Assembly (NCBI GenBank): GCA_015231405.1
Contig: JADGBR010000001.1
Location: 91,964 to 155,963 of the forward strand
DNA: 64,000 bases
Reading direction: 5' to 3'
Origin: Candidatus Omnitrophota bacterium
GTDB taxonomy: Bacteria > Omnitrophota > Gorgyraeia > Tantalellales > Tantalellaceae
In this document: piece by piece, positions 57,847 through 64,000 of the stretch
Numbering within the stretch: position 1 is the stretch's first letter
How the letters are laid out: each line of letters begins with the position of its first letter
The notes under the pieces: generated by a model
Database searches by the model: none
What the model was told of the DNA's origin: nothing
The model's input: the letters and a program-made list of their open reading frames with translations, nothing else
Program-made: the position numbers and the translations under genes

Positions 57847-59634
57847 ATGCAAAAAGGCAAAAAAGATAAAGGCAAGGAAAAAAAGCAGCTCCAGCTCCGC
57901 GGGATACCGGCGGCGCCGGGGATAACGATCGGCAAGGTCTACATTGTGGGTGTTGAGGACCTTCTCCCGCCGGAAAGGAACATAACAGAACAGGAAGTGC
58001 CTTCCGAGATATCCAGGTTCAAAAAGGTCCTCGAATCCACGAGAAAAGAAATAATAAATATCGAGAAAAAGATATCCAAGGAGATGGGGGTTGAGCAAGG
58101 GAAGATATTCAGCGCTCATCTGCTCGTTCTCGACGACCCTGTTTTGAGCGAAGAGGTCGTGACAAGGATCAGGAAAAAAAAGAAAAATATCGAGACCATA
58201 TTCGCCGAAGTGCTCAATAAGTACGTCAGTGTTCTTTCCGAAGCCAGGGACGAATATCTCAGGGACAGGATCAGTGATATAACCGATGTTGGCAAAAGGA
58301 TATTGAGGAACCTGATCGGAGGTGATACCAGGGGTATTGAAGGGCTAATCGATAGATCGATCGTGATAGCGTACGACCTTGCCCCGTCCGATACGGCTAT
58401 GATGCATAAAGGGAGCGTCTTGGGGTTTGCGACCGATATCGGAGGGAGGACCTCTCATACGGCGATAATGGCCAAATCGTTGGAAATACCGGCGGTTGTC
58501 GGTTTGGAAAACATCACTGATATAGTTATGCCGGGGGACACAGTGATCCTTGACGGTTTTCACGGCATTGTGATCGTGAACCCGACCAAAAGGTTCATCG
58601 ATCAATACGAAAAAGAAAAAAAGAAGCATGAGCACCTTGAGAAGCAGCTTATCGATCTCAAGTTTCTTCCCAGCGAAACTCTCGACAAACGAAAGATCAT
58701 CCTTGCCGGCAATATCGAGCTCCCTGAAGACGTCGCCAGCGTCATTTCCCACGGAGCCGAAGGGGTGGGGCTATACAGGACCGAGTATTTTTTCATGAAC
58801 AGGAAAGATCTTCCTACCGAGGAGGAACAGTTCAACGCGTATAGGTCCGTGGCCGCCAGGATAAAGCCGCATCCTGTGACAATAAGGACGCTTGATGTGG
58901 GAGGGGATAAGTTCCTTTCCCAGCTAGACGTGCCGAAAGATATGAACCCTTTTCTTGGCTGGAGGGCGATCAGGTTCTGTCTCGCCAGGCCCGATGTTTT
59001 TAAAACTCAGCTAAAGGCGATACTTAGGGCGTCGGCTTTCGGTAAGCTCAGGCTTATGTACCCGATGATCTCCGGGATAGAAGAGTTCAGAAAAGCTAAC
59101 GTCGTTCTGGAAGAAGCTAAATCGGAGCTCAGGAAAAAGAACATAGAGTTCGATAAGGACATGCCGGTGGGGGCGATGATAGAGGTGCCGTCGGCCGCTC
59201 TGACCAGCGATGCGCTCGCCAAGGAGGCGGATTTCTTCTCAATAGGCACCAACGACCTTATACAGTACTCTCTGGCCGTCGACCGGGTCAATGAGAAGAT
59301 AGCTTATCTTTATGAACCGACTCATCCCGCGGTGCTTAACCTGATCAGGATGACCATTAATAACGGCCATAAGGAAAATATACCCGTAGGACTTTGCGGT
59401 GAGGTGAGCGGTGATATAGCGCTGGCCATCATTCTGATAGGGATGGGACTTGACGAGTTCAGCTCTTCCCCGATAGCGGTGCCGGAGTTGAAGAAGGTCA
59501 TAAGGTCAGTTTCTTTCCTGGATGCGCAAAAAGTCACGGAAGAGGCCCTTAAAATGACCACCGGAACCGAGATCCTCAATTACGCGAAAGCTAAGCTTAT
59601 GGAAATGGTCCCGGATATAGCTCTAATGAATTGA
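57847..59634 (+). CDS. ptsI: PEP-protein phosphotransferase (enzyme I)
   Basis: GGRTSHTAIMAK, GLYRTE, RTLDVGGDK, NPFLGWRAIR, SIGTNDLIQY. Confidence 0.96.
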   Translation: MQKGKKDKGKEKKQLQLRGIPAAPGITIGKVYIVGVEDLLPPERNITEQEVPSEISRFKKVLESTRKEIINIEKKISKEMGVEQGKIFSAHLLVLDDPVLSEEVVTRIRKKKKNIETIFAEVLNKYVSVLSEARDEYLRDRISDITDVGKRILRNLIGGDTRGIEGLIDRSIVIAYDLAPSDTAMMHKGSVLGFATDIGGRTSHTAIMAKSLEIPAVVGLENITDIVMPGDTVILDGFHGIVIVNPTKRFIDQYEKEKKKHEHLEKQLIDLKFLPSETLDKRKIILAGNIELPEDVASVISHGAEGVGLYRTEYFFMNRKDLPTEEEQFNAYRSVAARIKPHPVTIRTLDVGGDKFLSQLDVPKDMNPFLGWRAIRFCLARPDVFKTQLKAILRASAFGKLRLMYPMISGIEEFRKANVVLEEAKSELRKKNIEFDKDMPVGAMIEVPSAALTSDALAKEADFFSIGTNDLIQYSLAVDRVNEKIAYLYEPTHPAVLNLIRMTINNGHKENIPVGLCGEVSGDIALAIILIGMGLDEFSSSPIAVPELKKVIRSVSFLDAQKVTEEALKMTTGTEILNYAKAKLMEMVPDIALMN

Positions 59635-59671
59635 TGTGTTCCTGGTCGATAAAGGACATACGGAGGTGAAT

Positions 59672-60415
59672 ATGAAAGGACTTATATTAGCCGCTGGATA
59701 CGGGACAAGGCTTTACCCTCTGACCCTGAACCTGCCTAAACCGTTATTGGAAGTCGGCGGTAAGACTATCATGGAAAGACATTTGACCAAGCTTGAAGCG
59801 GTTGGAACCTGCGACGGGGTTTACATCGTCACTAATTCCAAGTTCGCTCACGTCATCTCTTCATGGTCGGAAAAACATAAATTCCGGTTCCCTGTCGAAA
59901 TCGTCGACGATGGAACTATCACGAACGAAGACAGGCTCGGGGCGATAGGCGACATTAGGCTCGTTCTGGATAAGAAAGCCCCTTCATCGGACGTACTCAT
60001 AATGGCAGGGGACAACCTTTTCGAGTTCCCGCTTTCGGGCTTTGTGTCTTTTGCAGGGAAAAAAGGATGCCTTACGGTAGCTCTTTACGACGTCAAGGAA
60101 AGGGAGCTCGCTAAAAAATACGGTATAGTTTCACTGGGCGTTGGAGAGCAGGTCACAGATTTCCAGGAAAAACCTAAGGAACCGGGGTCAACTCTCGCGT
60201 CGACAGGTATTTACTATCTCCCGGAAGCCAAACTTGGCTTTTTAGGGAAATACTTGAGTACCGGGAACTCCAAGGACGCGCCCGGTAATTTTGTGAAATG
60301 GATGTCGGAGAACGATAAGGTTTACGGTTACGTTTTCAGGGAAGGGTGGTATGATATCGGCGATATAGATTCCCTTCATAAAGCCGATCGTGAATACAGG
60401 GAGAAGGGAATATAG
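59672..60415 (+). CDS. sugar-phosphate nucleotidyltransferase family protein
   Basis: LILAAGYGTRLYPLT..PKPLL, FQEKP, WYDIG; RBS GGAGG before ATG 59672. Confidence 0.9.
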   Translation: MKGLILAAGYGTRLYPLTLNLPKPLLEVGGKTIMERHLTKLEAVGTCDGVYIVTNSKFAHVISSWSEKHKFRFPVEIVDDGTITNEDRLGAIGDIRLVLDKKAPSSDVLIMAGDNLFEFPLSGFVSFAGKKGCLTVALYDVKERELAKKYGIVSLGVGEQVTDFQEKPKEPGSTLASTGIYYLPEAKLGFLGKYLSTGNSKDAPGNFVKWMSENDKVYGYVFREGWYDIGDIDSLHKADREYREKGI

Positions 60416-60437
60416 AAAATAAGAAAAGGAGAGTTTA

Positions 60438-62862
<2,425 letters not shown>

Positions 62863-62865
62863 CCT

Positions 62866-63960
62866 ATGCGGATCATAAACCGGTATGTCTTGAAAGAACT
62901 TGCGGGGCCATTTTTCGGATCTCTTCTTGTATCGACACTGATCCTCGCGGCTGGTAATATCATCCAGACCGTTGACATGGTGATCAATAAGGGAGTGGAG
63001 TTAACTCAGGTAATTAAGGTATTCGTTTACTTTCTCCCTTATGTCCTGATCTTCACGATACCTATTTCCGTACTTGCGTCGGTTCTACTCGGCTTTGGGA
63101 GACTTTCCGGGGATAACGAGGTAACCGCGCTCAGGACGAGCGGGGTTGGCCTTTTCAGGATGATATTCCCGGCAGTGATATGCGGGTTCATAATAAGCCT
63201 CATGAATGTGCCGCTAAATGATAAGATCCTTCCACAGGCGGAGTATTCTGCCAGAAAGCTGGTAAAGCAGATAGGTATAAAACATCCGGCCGCGCTTCTG
63301 GAGCCTGGGGTTTTTATTAAAGGCTTCAAAAATTACATCGTGTTTATCCATCAGGCGAAGGGGAATATCCTCCAGGATATACGTATATATGAACCGAACG
63401 ATAAAGGGCCGACAAGGACCATAATAGCCGACAGGGGTGAGATAGTCTCAGTCCCTGATGAGAACAGCGTAAAGTTAAGGCTCGAGGACGGGAGCGCCGA
63501 CGAAATAGACCCGAATAAGCCGGACGAGTTTTACAAAATAACTTTTGAGGAATATCAGCTTACCCTTAACCTCGACAAAACGACCGATATCAATAAGATC
63601 GAGAAAAAAGCCAGGGAAAAAAGCATTAAGGAGCTATTGTCCGATCTGGCGGATCTCAGGGGGGCAAAAGGCGGGAATATACCCATATTGATCGAAATAA
63701 ACAAAAAGATCGCGCTGGCTTTTTCGAACCTGGTATTTGTTCTCGTTGGGATACCGCTTGCCATCACCGCTCACCGGAGGGAGAAATTCATAGGTTTCGG
63801 GATGGCGATGGGACTCTTCCTGTTGTATTGGGGGATCATGCTGGGCGGGATAGCATGCGCTATCAGGAATATCGTTCCGCCGTGGGTAGGGGTCTGGTCG
63901 GCGGACATTTTGCTTTTCATCCTGGCATCTGTCATGCTGGTAAGGATTTCCGCCAAATAA
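62866..63960 (+). CDS. lptF: LPS export permease LptF/LptG family
   Basis: RYVLKE, GRLSGDNEVTALRTSG, 3+3 TM layout with periplasmic domain. Confidence 0.85.
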   Translation: MRIINRYVLKELAGPFFGSLLVSTLILAAGNIIQTVDMVINKGVELTQVIKVFVYFLPYVLIFTIPISVLASVLLGFGRLSGDNEVTALRTSGVGLFRMIFPAVICGFIISLMNVPLNDKILPQAEYSARKLVKQIGIKHPAALLEPGVFIKGFKNYIVFIHQAKGNILQDIRIYEPNDKGPTRTIIADRGEIVSVPDENSVKLRLEDGSADEIDPNKPDEFYKITFEEYQLTLNLDKTTDINKIEKKAREKSIKELLSDLADLRGAKGGNIPILIEINKKIALAFSNLVFVLVGIPLAITAHRREKFIGFGMAMGLFLLYWGIMLGGIACAIRNIVPPWVGVWSADILLFILASVMLVRISAK

Positions 63961-64000
63961 TGAAGATACTGGAAAAACATATATTAAAGAGCTATCTTAG
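63960..64000 (+). CDS. probable LptG, 3'-truncated by window edge
   Basis: ATG overlapping the lptF stop; MKILEKHILKSYL resembles LptF/G N-termini. Confidence 0.55.
   Translation, partial: MKILEKHILKSYL

Noticed and set aside
60409-60432. Possible heptamer array before metK
   Set aside because: Only 2-3 A-rich units merging with the RBS; too weak

Overview
Bacterial chromosomal window made up almost entirely of housekeeping genes, all on the + strand. In order: acyl-CoA dehydrogenase-etfBA, smc, cinA-thpR-recA-alaS, his and trp operons, rpe/pgm/lepAB/pgsA/der/plsY, gpsA, tRNA-Pro, hom-thrC-apgM-lysC-cimA-valS, rluB-nadC-uvrB-birA-coaX, tRNA-Lys/Gly, a regulatory PTS cluster, and metK-ahcY-lptF(G). 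Gene content points to a diderm anaerobe; Candidatus Omnitrophota/PVC is my impression only and is not verified. Two things are not explained by the genes. (1) A ~4 kb islet splits the der-plsY-gpsA cluster. It contains a ~480-nt non-coding element (33819-34295) that folds by eye into a closed four-way junction with long rods, next to a three-hairpin terminated element, a leaderless XRE regulator, a TPR-SPFH fusion and a CBM-like protein. (2) About a dozen intergenic inverted heptamer arrays: mostly 4-6 degenerate 7-mers just after a stop codon or tRNA, usually followed by a reverse-complement array. The heptamer varies between loci, but most left-arm units share an NNNN-YRG frame. Also present: GTAG-type REPs, an IS200/IS605-like palindromic relic, and a shared NrdR-like box upstream of smc and recA. 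All calls were made by eye; no searches or folding programs were run.
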